DNA from: a virus
Direction: 5' to 3' (one strand)
DNA length: 64,000 bases
Virus record (IMG/VR): IMGVR_UViG_3300032313_000840
Span: 17,932-81,931 of that record
Part shown: positions 36,937 through 45,134 of the stretch, in pieces
How the letters are laid out: every line of letters begins with the position of its first letter
Position numbering within the stretch: position 1 is the stretch's first letter
Notes under the pieces: model-generated
Seen by the model: the letters and a program-made list of their open reading frames with translations, nothing else
The model's database searches: none
What the model was told of the DNA's origin: nothing
Position numbers and translations under genes: made by a program

Positions 36937-37017
36937 GTCGGTATTGTAACAGGTCGGGGTGCGAAAGTAAAGGGGGACAGAAAGAATATTTCGCTTTCTG
37001 TCCCCCCATGCAGGGGT

Positions 37018-37281
37018 TCAGGTGAGCGGGATTCCGTACTTCGCCTCAAGGGCTTCCTTCATGCCGGCGAGAACCTTCTCGCGGTTGCCCTTCAGACCGT
37101 ACTCCTTCTTGGCGAGAGCGTAGCAGGAGACGCCACGGGTCAGGCGCATCGGGGTGCCACGGGCTGCGGTCTTGATTTCGAACTTCAGACCGTTGTAGAT
37201 CATCAGTTCCCGGTAGGCGCAGATCTGTTCGGGGGTGTCGAGCATGATGCCGCCGTCGTTGTTGTTGGTGGTGCTGTTCAT
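37018..37281 (-). CDS. hypothetical early protein
   Basis: TTGCAA..TACAAT-N6-ATG; GLKFEIK..M.LTRG...K..YGLKG.R. Confidence 0.7.
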   Translation of the reverse strand: MNSTTNNNDGGIMLDTPEQICAYRELMIYNGLKFEIKTAARGTPMRLTRGVSCYALAKKEYGLKGNREKVLAGMKEALEAKYGIPLT

Positions 37282-37338
37282 GCGTACATTGTAACACACC
37301 TCGGTTGAAATTGCAAACGCAAAGAAAGAAATATTTGG

Positions 37339-37427
37339 CGTCCTATAACGTCCACTGGGCGGCGGGCTACTATCACGCGCCGTCCAATAAAAAATCAGGA
37401 AGTCCCTAGGGACTTCCTGATAGTAGC
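37339..37427. repeat. nested inverted-repeat module copy 5
   Basis: CGTCCTATAACGTCC..GCTACTATCA..ATCAGGAAGTCCCTAGGGACTTCCTGAT-AGTAGC. Confidence 0.88.
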
Positions 37428-37568
37428 TCAGCCCTCGCTGGCCACTTCCCTTTTCCCCTCCCTCCGCGCCTTCCGGGGGTCCCGGCTCTTCTTGCCCCAG
37501 GTTTTGGAGCGAAGCCGGATTCCCTCCCGGAAGGCGTCATGGACGAATTTGGCTGGGCGGTGGTTCAT
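37428..37568 (-). CDS. small basic protein (46 aa, MNHRPAKF...)
   Basis: ATGA-coupled to upstream gene; stop abuts module copy 5. Confidence 0.5.
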   Translation of the reverse strand: MNHRPAKFVHDAFREGIRLRSKTWGKKSRDPRKARREGKREVASEG

Positions 37569-38131
37569 TCGGCCTTCCCCCGAACGATGATCCACAGCAG
37601 GGCCTGCAGCGTGGCGGGGGCCATGCACACGGCACCCGTTCCGGCGATGGTGCGGATCGCGTCCGCGATGGCCCGGTACTCGGTCGCGTTGGGCGCATCC
37701 TTGCCCAGTCCCGCAGCGCGGCACATCCACACATCCACGACCACCGCGTCACGGTCTCCGGCGATGGCACGTGCGAACGCGTTGGTCTTCGGGCCGCGCA
37801 GGCCGTTGAAGCCCTGCCGGACGCATCGGTCGGCAGCGTCCACGTGGGAGCGGAGACCCTTCGGCGTGATGCCCTGCGCGTACTGGTATGCCTTAGCCTT
37901 GTTGTGCGCCCACGTCACGCGGGGCGAGAATGCGGACACAACGGACGCGGACACTTCCATGCTCCACTCGGGGCGCAGTACGCGCAGCGACTCCGCGAAG
38001 TCTCCGGCCTCAACGTACCACTTCTGCGCGGCAGCGTAGTCGAAGAGGGTAGCCGATGCGAGGTGGCTGATGAAGGATTCGATGGCGCGGGTGCGGACGG
38101 TTTCGTAACGGTTGGTGTGGGTGGTGCTCAT
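37565..38131 (-). CDS. phage protein with glycosylase-like (HhH-related) signature
   Basis: WY..A...SAFSP...W..N...GPKT.AF..AI.GD...VVVDVW..RAA...QA.LW. Confidence 0.65.
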   Translation of the reverse strand: MSTTHTNRYETVRTRAIESFISHLASATLFDYAAAQKWYVEAGDFAESLRVLRPEWSMEVSASVVSAFSPRVTWAHNKAKAYQYAQGITPKGLRSHVDAADRCVRQGFNGLRGPKTNAFARAIAGDRDAVVVDVWMCRAAGLGKDAPNATEYRAIADAIRTIAGTGAVCMAPATLQALLWIIVRGKAE

Positions 38132-38198
38132 GCGTACATTGTACCATGCCATGCCGGCTATGTCAATGGGTGGGGGCGGAATATTATAAATTCTTTCG

Positions 38199-38292
38199 CG
38201 TCCCATAACGCATCCAGGTGGGCCGGCTACTATCAGGCTCACCGCGTCCAGTCCCATAACATCAGCGGCCTCTGAGGCCGCTGATAGTAGCC
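38199..38292. repeat. nested inverted-repeat module copy 6
   Basis: CGTCCCATAACG..GGCTACTATCAG..ATCAGCGGCCTC-T-GAGGCCGCTGAT-AGTAGCC. Confidence 0.88.
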
Positions 38293-38382
38293 CCGCCCCA
38301 TAAACAACCTAGCCCCGAACGAATCGGGGCAGGGACGAATCCTTTTCGGTTGGTACGAGCACCACCTCGTTAGTTTATTGAA

Positions 38383-38467
38383 AGCGTAGTGGAGGACTTG
38401 CACCTCTGTTGCTCTGTATCAGATTGCTTTGATCAAAGCAACCCTAGCAGCCTGACGCTGGCTACGC
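38383..38467 (-). ncRNA. tRNA-like RNA without a canonical anticodon loop
   Basis: GCGTAG/CTACGC acceptor, CAGC/GCTG D-like arm, GAGG-TGCAAGT-CCTC T-like arm, 9-bp central stem with GATC loop. Confidence 0.55.
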
Positions 38468-38476
38468 GAAGTTTGG

Positions 38477-38707
38477 TTATTTGCGAGTGTTGCCCCGGTG
38501 GCCGTAGGCCACAAACAGAATCCCATCCGGGCTTCCTGCGAACAGCATCGTGAAGAAGCAGAGGAAGCAGGTGGAGGGCAGGAGCGCCCACCACAGCCAT
38601 GCGTGGGGAGCGGGTTGGGTCAGCGCCCAGACCATCACGCCCGAAACGAATGAGCCGAGGAGGATGACGAGGGCAGAGAAGAGACGATTGCGAATGGTGG
38701 TGTTCAT
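38477..38707 (-). CDS. small two-TM membrane protein
   Basis: Two hydrophobic segments; TTGACA..TACAAT-N6-ATG. Confidence 0.65.
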   Translation of the reverse strand: MNTTIRNRLFSALVILLGSFVSGVMVWALTQPAPHAWLWWALLPSTCFLCFFTMLFAGSPDGILFVAYGHRGNTRK

Positions 38708-38758
38708 GTCGGTATTGTATCAGTTCGTGGTGCGTATGTCAAGTGCGCCGAAAGAAAT

Positions 38759-39106
38759 TTAGTGATTGTTCTCCGGGCAGTCCGCCGGGATCGCCACTTC
38801 GATAACGTCCTCAATAACGAAGGAGCGGATGCCGCCACGAGTGTAGTCGTAGTAGACGGTGACCGTGGCGTCCCAGTCGTTATCGCTCTTGGCGATGGCG
38901 ATCTGCTCCATGCTATCACCGAACGCGGCGACAAGCGTGGGGTTCCGCGTGGCGAGCCGGCATTCGATCTGCCCGTTAGCCTTCTTGTAGGTGACCTGCA
39001 CCCACCCGGAGGCGAGGAGGGACATCATGCGATCATGACGCTCGGAGAGAGTGCCCGTGAAGAAGGGGAGGACGATGCGCGAACGATTGGTGCGAGTGGT
39101 GCTCAT
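38759..39106 (-). CDS. WYL_2/Sm-like SH3-barrel protein (DUF2693-like)
   Basis: VTYKKANG..R.ATRNP...YYDY.RGG.RSF. Confidence 0.72.
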   Translation of the reverse strand: MSTTRTNRSRIVLPFFTGTLSERHDRMMSLLASGWVQVTYKKANGQIECRLATRNPTLVAAFGDSMEQIAIAKSDNDWDATVTVYYDYTRGGIRSFVIEDVIEVAIPADCPENNH

Positions 39107-39112
39107 GGCACC

Positions 39113-39244
39113 ATTGTACCATAGACTGCTGCTGATGTCAACCCTTCGGAAAGAAATTTCTCAAAGTTTGTTCTAGGACTCAGGAGCACCGCTACAGAAA
39201 TTTCTTTCCGAAGGGTTGACATCAGCAGAGAAGTATGCTACCAT
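39113..39244. promoter_or_regulatory. divergent sigma70 promoter pair built on a perfect 33-bp inverted repeat
   Basis: 39129-39161 is the exact reverse complement of 39196-39228; each arm holds TTGACA; -10 TACAAT (left) and TACCAT (right), each 6 nt before ATG. Confidence 0.85.
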
Positions 39245-39250
39245 ACTCAC

Positions 39251-39523
39251 ATGAGCACCACCACCACCGACCCGAACGAATTCGAACACTTCCCCTGTGA
39301 CTGCCACCGCCCCGAGCACGCCTACACGGATTCGTTGTGCCCGATGTGCGAGGAGAACGCGGAGCGGGAGCGCGAGGCCAAGCGCGAGGCCCGCAAGGCG
39401 CAGGATGACGCGGAGCGCGATGCCGACAACGCGGCATTCGGTGCGGCCTGCGCGAGCATGAGCCCCGAAGACTGGGACGCGGACAACGACTGGCTAGCCA
39501 GCGCAGGATGGGGGGAAATGTAA
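39251..39523 (+). CDS. small acidic Cys-containing early protein
   Basis: CxC..CxxC; C-term DWLASAGWGEM. Confidence 0.7.
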   Translation: MSTTTTDPNEFEHFPCDCHRPEHAYTDSLCPMCEENAEREREAKREARKAQDDAERDADNAAFGAACASMSPEDWDADNDWLASAGWGEM

Positions 39524-39655
39524 CCCCTATGGGAAGCCCGTGACCTGCAATGCCTAGCCAACCTGCCGGCCCCCTCAGAGGGGGCCGGCAGTGTTATTAT
39601 AGAAATCTCTACCATGCAGGTTGCAATGCGCGGCCTGGTGTGGTATCATACCTGC

Positions 39656-39898
39656 ATGAGCACCACTCAGAACAACACGGCTGAAACCTCTCGCCCCTGC
39701 TGCTGCGTTTGCGGCGCTGATCACGTGGACGATAACGTTCGCGCTACCGAGTATGGCGCCATGTGCGTCATGTGCGTTGAGGATGTTCGCGCAGACATGT
39801 GCGCGGACGCGCATGAGCGCGACATGGGCGACTGCTACTGGGACCGCGTTCGTGAGTGTGACTCGGATGCCTACGCGGACTCAATAGACCGGGACTAA
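39656..39898 (+). CDS. small Zn-finger-like acidic early protein
   Basis: CCVC..CVMC; TATCAT-N6-ATG. Confidence 0.65.
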   Translation: MSTTQNNTAETSRPCCCVCGADHVDDNVRATEYGAMCVMCVEDVRADMCADAHERDMGDCYWDRVRECDSDAYADSIDRD

Positions 39899-39973
39899 CC
39901 CTCCCGCAAACAAATCAAATAAATTTCCACCGACCCCCTTGCAACCGAGGGGGCGGTGTGTTACAATACGCGC

Positions 39974-40141
39974 ATGGAAAGCACCACCCACATCGAAGAA
40001 ACCACCCGCCCCGTTGAGGTTCGCCTCGCCCAGCGCCCGAAGAATCTCGGGCCGGATGCTGCCTGGATCACCGAGGAAGGCGTTGAGTACGCGGAGGCGC
40101 CAGACGAGGACACCTACTGGGACTGGTACTGGGGCCAGTAA
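39974..40141 (+). CDS. small acidic early protein
   Basis: TTGCAA..TACAAT-N6-ATG; followed by GC hairpin terminator. Confidence 0.6.
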   Translation: MESTTHIEETTRPVEVRLAQRPKNLGPDAAWITEEGVEYAEAPDEDTYWDWYWGQ

Positions 40142-40194
40142 CCCCCCAGCCCACCAGATGCCCCCCGCGAAGCGGGGGGCATCTTTATTATTAG

Positions 40195-40520
40195 AGGTAG
40201 GGGGGAGGGGGGTATAGGGTAGGGGGGATGTGTCCGAGTAGTAATTTGGGTCCCATACACGGGGGGGTTATCGGACGGGCTAGCCCCACCGACCCCTTCT
40301 AATTTTCTCTAATATTCTCAAAAAAACTTTTTGGCCACCAAATATCTCAAAAACCTTTTTGACCCCCTATTGTCAAATACCTCACATATAATAAAAACTT
40401 TTTGGCCCCCCTAAGCCTCTCAAAGTCCATTTATAAAACGACTCCCTTTTTCAAAATACATGGAATGCCATAAAAAAAATTTGGGCCCCCGAAGGAGCCC
40501 AAAAGTTTATTCAAAAATTT
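40195..40520. repeat. non-coding low-complexity region (right border of GC-rich island)
   Basis: G-runs 40195-40228; GGGGGTTATCGGAC; 4x AAAA(C)TTTTTGG/ACCC. Confidence 0.7.
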
Positions 40521-40530
40521 TTAAGTTATT

Positions 40531-40992
40531 TTATTGTCCTGGAGTTCTATAGACAGGAATGTTATCAGTTGGATTGCTGTCATGCTTAGCAGCAGAACCA
40601 CCAAGTCTTTCTTGTGCACCCATCATTCCTCTTGCAATCTCTGCCTGTCCTGCGGGAGTTTGTGAGTAGGCTTCAATTCTTGCTCTGGTTGCTGCTTCAC
40701 GCTCAGTACGTCTGGCTGCATTCTCGGCTCTTGAATGTTTTGCATACTCATCCATGTTGGCAAATGGCTTTTGGCCTGCCTTGGTTCTGCGGGCGTTTAC
40801 TTCACCAAGTTGTCTGGCTAGTTCGGCTGCTTTCTGTTCGGGAGTCATGGCTTTTCTTTCAGCAGCCATTTCTTTGTGAATGCTGCTGTCTCCAGCATAG
40901 CCGGATGTTTCATTGAGAATATTCTCAAGATGGTTTACTTTGGCTTGTAGTTGTTCGCAGAGATTCTTGTAGTAATTTGTTAGGTAATTCAT
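40531..40992 (-). CDS. late protein, YYxNLCEQ N-terminal family
   Basis: MNYLTNYYKNLCEQLQ...ILNE. Confidence 0.75.
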   Translation of the reverse strand: MNYLTNYYKNLCEQLQAKVNHLENILNETSGYAGDSSIHKEMAAERKAMTPEQKAAELARQLGEVNARRTKAGQKPFANMDEYAKHSRAENAARRTEREAATRARIEAYSQTPAGQAEIARGMMGAQERLGGSAAKHDSNPTDNIPVYRTPGQ

Positions 40993-41011
40993 AAATTTAT
41001 TCTTTCTTGTT

Positions 41012-41500
41012 TTAGCGTAGGCGAATGTTAGATGGCTTTCTTCCTTGAGCGAAGAAATTTGCAGTCATTTCTGATGGTGTTGGAAATGGTCTTTGTAAGT
41101 TTCCAGAAAATTGATTTTGCTGTTGGGCTGATTGGACTTCTTCTGAAGAACCTTGATCATCCATGTCAGGACCATCAAAGTTGTCTGGATCCATGTTGTC
41201 ACCCCATGGTTTTTCTGTGGGAAGCTGACTGAGCTTTACACCAGTCTTGATGCCTTGTGCTTCAAGTGGCATGGTAAGATCTTCGATTCCGGGCTTGAGT
41301 GCACCTGCTTGTGCAAATTTTGTATGAGCGGCTAGTGCGCCTTTGTGTCCGGGAAGTTGATTCAGTCTTGCTGCGTCTGTTTCCAATCTTCCGAGTCTTT
41401 CTGTTCTCTTTGCAAGTTCTTTCTGCATCATTGCAGTGTCACCTGTATCAAGTGCCTTCTTCAACCCGGATTCCTGTAGATATTGAATGAATGATTTCAT
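41012..41500 (-). CDS. late protein with capsid-targeting-like N-terminus
   Basis: GATAAATA then MKSFIQYLQE. Confidence 0.72.
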   Translation of the reverse strand: MKSFIQYLQESGLKKALDTGDTAMMQKELAKRTERLGRLETDAARLNQLPGHKGALAAHTKFAQAGALKPGIEDLTMPLEAQGIKTGVKLSQLPTEKPWGDNMDPDNFDGPDMDDQGSSEEVQSAQQQNQFSGNLQRPFPTPSEMTANFFAQGRKPSNIRLR

Positions 41501-41570
41501 GAAATTATTTATCAAAACCGAAAAATTGGAGGGGTGGCGGGTGGCCTAAATAGTCTTTTAAGGAGATACT

Positions 41571-41729
41571 ATGTTAGATAAGATTAAGAATTTTGTAAAG
41601 TCTGTTTCGTCCACCACTTGGATCGTCGTTGCCGTAGGTGTATTGGCTGTGGTTATTTTGACCCTAGCAAGCCGTACCAAGGCTCCCGAGGCTGCTCCTG
41701 CAGCCGTAGAGGCTCCTGCTGCCAAGTGA
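41571..41729 (+). CDS. small single-TM late protein (52 aa)
   Basis: CTAAATA plus AGGAG; TWIVVAVGVLAVVILTLA; terminator 41754-41782; not in ORF track. Confidence 0.65.
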   Translation: MLDKIKNFVKSVSSTTWIVVAVGVLAVVILTLASRTKAPEAAPAAVEAPAAK

Positions 41730-41801
41730 GCCTATAAGTCACTATAGAACAAAAAGGGATCCAAGAAATTGGATCCCTTCTTATTTTGAATTTTGTTTAA
41801 T

Positions 41802-43448
41802 TTATCTAGTTTTAAATTTGGTGGACAACAATGTTTCCATATATGTGTTGTCTACGGCTGATTTGGAATTTGGAAGTCTTCCGAATCTTCTTACAAACTC
41901 TTCTTGTGCAGCTTTTTGTGATGCATTTGTTTTTACGCTTTGGGCATATCTGGCTCTTGCCATGGAATCGTTTTCCAATGCCTGACCTTCCATATTTGAT
42001 CCTTTGGGAGATTGCTCACCTGTCATTGTGAGAGGCATGGATGATGTTCTTGCATTACGATCTTGCCATGCTTTAAAGGCAGAATCAAAGGATGAAACTT
42101 CTTCCTTGGGTGCTACTGCGGCTTGTGGGGCTGCAGGTGCCTTAGAAACTCTTTTGCCCATTCTGTTTGCATACATCTGAGCAAGTTGTCTTGAACTTTC
42201 TAATGCTCCTGCTGATGTTGCCGATGGAGATGCGGTTGGGATTTCTCCTTGGCTTGCTTTTGCAGCAGCATCATTTGCATTTAACAATTGATTTAACATT
42301 TTTGCTTGACGGTTGAGTCTTGCAGTTTCTTCTGGAGTTTGACCAGAATTATCTTCGCTAAATCTATAAGTTCTTTCGCCACCAATGCCTAAGAAGCCGC
42401 CCTTCTTTGCTTCACGGCCTCCAAAGAATTTATGTCCTTCTCCTCTTTGCAAAGCAGTCTGTGCCATTGCAACTTGTTCTTCTGGAGATAGTTTACCCCA
42501 ATCTTCAGATTCGGGAACAACATAAGTTGGTGCAGTGTGTTTTGGTCCACCAATACCAATTTCAGTAATTTTATCTTCTTCGGCTTTTGGTTGTTCTGCT
42601 TGTGCTGGTTGCTTTGAATATTTTCTACCAAATACATCTCCACCAGTCATTCTAGCAGTATAGAGGTTTGCAAGTTGTTTTGCACTCTCTGTTGCTCCAG
42701 TTTGAACGGGAGCCTGTGCAGCAGGTTCACTATAGGCTGAATCTTCTTGACCTTCTGGATAGATTGGGAACTGACCGCGTTCTACATCAATTCCCAAACC
42801 TCTTTCTTCTTTTGGAGCAGGTGTGGTTTTTGGTGCGGCAGCTGGTGCAGCAGATGGAGTAGAAACTCTTGCAGGAGCAGATGAAGGCGCAGTTGCTGGT
42901 TTAGCTGCCTTTGCTTGATTTTGTAAATTTACAACATAATCTTTTGCTTTATTATAAGCATCGACTCCTCTTTGAGCAACTTGAGTAGATGTCATGGAAG
43001 TGTCCATGGGTCTTCCGGCATCACCACCCAATGTGTCAATGACTCCACGGCGCATTGCTTCAATTTTACGAGGATCTTCTCCAAGTTTCTGGGCGTATCT
43101 CTCAACCCAGTCACCAGCAACGCGATCAGTTTTATAATCTGATGATTGTTTGATAGATGGATCTAACTCTACCTTAGCACTTGCACCTTGTCTTCTGGCT
43201 AGTTCTGCTTGAGCATCTCTATATGCTTGGTTTTGCTTATCATCAGAAATTGCTGGACCAAATGCATTTGATCTCTTATTTTGTTTCATCTGATCACGAA
43301 GTTGTTCATCACTGAAAGTTTGTTGGCCTTGACCAGTACCACTAAAGGTTGATGCAGGAGCATCTTCATTCAATAAATTTTTAAGAATGTTAATTTTGCT
43401 TTGATATTGTTCGCACAAATTTCTATAGTGGTTAGTTAAGTAATTCAT
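41802..43448 (-). CDS. late protein, YxNLCEQ N-terminal family
   Basis: TATAAATA then MNYLTNHYRNLCEQYQ...LLNE. Confidence 0.75.
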   Translation of the reverse strand: MNYLTNHYRNLCEQYQSKINILKNLLNEDAPASTFSGTGQGQQTFSDEQLRDQMKQNKRSNAFGPAISDDKQNQAYRDAQAELARRQGASAKVELDPSIKQSSDYKTDRVAGDWVERYAQKLGEDPRKIEAMRRGVIDTLGGDAGRPMDTSMTSTQVAQRGVDAYNKAKDYVVNLQNQAKAAKPATAPSSAPARVSTPSAAPAAAPKTTPAPKEERGLGIDVERGQFPIYPEGQEDSAYSEPAAQAPVQTGATESAKQLANLYTARMTGGDVFGRKYSKQPAQAEQPKAEEDKITEIGIGGPKHTAPTYVVPESEDWGKLSPEEQVAMAQTALQRGEGHKFFGGREAKKGGFLGIGGERTYRFSEDNSGQTPEETARLNRQAKMLNQLLNANDAAAKASQGEIPTASPSATSAGALESSRQLAQMYANRMGKRVSKAPAAPQAAVAPKEEVSSFDSAFKAWQDRNARTSSMPLTMTGEQSPKGSNMEGQALENDSMARARYAQSVKTNASQKAAQEEFVRRFGRLPNSKSAVDNTYMETLLSTKFKTR

Positions 43449-43476
43449 AAAATTATTTATAAGCATAAATATCTTT

Positions 43477-44829
43477 ATGGATCATATCACTCAACTGTAC
43501 CAAAATCGTGCCAAAGTTCTACAAGAAGAAGTCAATCGTCTTGAAGCATTATTAGAGGCAGTGAAAGATATTGAAGTTGGAGATACTGAAGACGTTGAAG
43601 GTACTCCATCAAGAGAAATTTCTACACCAGCAGCTGGTGGTTCCAAAAAGAAAAAAGATGAAGATACAGCAGGACTTACAGATCAACAAATAGCACAATT
43701 ACAATATGATCGTAATTTAGAAGCAGTTGGTAGCATAATTCCAAATACAATTAAAGGTGGTGTCGATCTAGCTAAATTAGCATACGACAATCCTAAGGGA
43801 ACTCTTGCAGTTGGTGCGGGAGCTCTTGCTGGTCTTGTGGGACTAGATTATCTTACAAATAAAATAGCCAAAGCTGGAGCAAGGGCAGGCACAAATTTAC
43901 CAGGGACTAGTAAAGTTCTTCAAGCAGGTTGGGAAATGCTACCACCTGCACGTATAGCTAGAGAAAAAGCCGAAAAAGCAATTGAAGCAGAAAGACTTGC
44001 AAAAGAAGCCGCAAGACAAGTTAAATTAGCAGGAGAAATGGGAGAATTGGATAGATTTGGTCAAACATTACTTCCTGGTATCGATAGAGAAGCATATGAT
44101 CCAAATACTTGGATAGAAGGTAGACCCCAAGGAATGGGTGCACCTAAAGAAACCCGTGGTATACCAGATAAAGCTTTCGCAGCTGCTCGGCGTGTGGGTG
44201 GTGGAAATGTTCCTCTAGAACCAGAAACTTTAGCTAGATTAAGAAATAGAGCATATAGTGGGCTACCAATAGGCGATCCTGAAGTGTGGAAAGAAGCTGG
44301 AGAAGGATTAAATGATTTGGTAATGACAGGTAAAGAAGTTGGAAAAAGAAGTGCTCAAATTGCCAAAGGTGCATTGGGTGCTGCAAGCAAAGGTTTAAAC
44401 GCGATAGATCCATTATCATTGGGTGCAGAAGTCATTACACCACTTCTTGCAGGTAGTGAATTTGCTGCCGGTGTTGCAATGGCTCCACTTGCAATTGGTG
44501 CATTTACTTCAGAAGCCGGTAAAGGTTCCGATATAGTGGCACCGACTGAATATGAAATAAAAGCCAAAGAAGACTTGGCAAAAGAACAAGAAGAACAAAG
44601 AAAACAACAAGGGTTGGCTCCAGTAGATTCCATTACTTCTCCAACATCTTCTGTTGACGCTGCATCATTGGGTGCAGTTACAGTATCTCAACAAGATAGA
44701 GCGAAATTGGAAAGACAAGCAATGGGTGCAAAAACATCAACACCAAATTTAGATAGAATTCAAAAACAAAGAGAAATGTTACAAAGGCTTCAATCTGGGC
44801 CTAGAATGTTTGGTGGGGGTGTAAAATGA
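43477..44829 (+). CDS. late protein with Gly/Ala-rich hydrophobic segments (possible ejection protein)
   Basis: CATAAATA back-to-back with minus-strand late promoter; LAVGAGALAGLVGL. Confidence 0.7.
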   Translation: MDHITQLYQNRAKVLQEEVNRLEALLEAVKDIEVGDTEDVEGTPSREISTPAAGGSKKKKDEDTAGLTDQQIAQLQYDRNLEAVGSIIPNTIKGGVDLAKLAYDNPKGTLAVGAGALAGLVGLDYLTNKIAKAGARAGTNLPGTSKVLQAGWEMLPPARIAREKAEKAIEAERLAKEAARQVKLAGEMGELDRFGQTLLPGIDREAYDPNTWIEGRPQGMGAPKETRGIPDKAFAAARRVGGGNVPLEPETLARLRNRAYSGLPIGDPEVWKEAGEGLNDLVMTGKEVGKRSAQIAKGALGAASKGLNAIDPLSLGAEVITPLLAGSEFAAGVAMAPLAIGAFTSEAGKGSDIVAPTEYEIKAKEDLAKEQEEQRKQQGLAPVDSITSPTSSVDAASLGAVTVSQQDRAKLERQAMGAKTSTPNLDRIQKQREMLQRLQSGPRMFGGGVK

Positions 44830-45011
44830 AAAGACTAGAAGATACAGTAAAAAAAGTATTGAACGAGAATGCCAATAAACCTTCTCCTCTTGCAGAGATC
44901 TATAAGAGATCTGCAGAAAGAGTAAAGTTTTTAAATCCTGCTGCACAGACTGCTGATACCATCGCAGCCAAGTATGGCAATATGTTCAAAAAGAAATCTA
45001 ATGGTACTTAA
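44826..45011 (+). CDS. small late protein
   Basis: ATGA-coupled. Confidence 0.55.
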   Translation: MKRLEDTVKKVLNENANKPSPLAEIYKRSAERVKFLNPAAQTADTIAAKYGNMFKKKSNGT

Positions 45012-45134
45012 GGTTACTCTATAGTATCTTTAGATATACTTCTGTAGTATTTCTTTATAATTTATCTATAGTAACTTTAAAGTTTCTGTAAGTATATCAT
45101 GTACTTAGAGGCTGTCAAGTAACAATAAATACTT

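Noticed and set aside
27994-38292. Modules as canonical integron attC sites or CRISPR repeats
   Set aside because: No RYYYAAC/GTTRRRY pair, no integrase in the window, and spacing is kilobases rather than 30-40 nt spacers
38312-38370. Possible pseudoknot ACGAG/CTCGT with TGGT/ACCA
   Set aside because: Second stem has no connecting loop; more simply a hairpin plus terminator
45010-45100. AT-rich quasi-palindromic TATAGTA-type repeats
   Set aside because: Short and degenerate; cannot be distinguished from AT-rich intergenic background by eye
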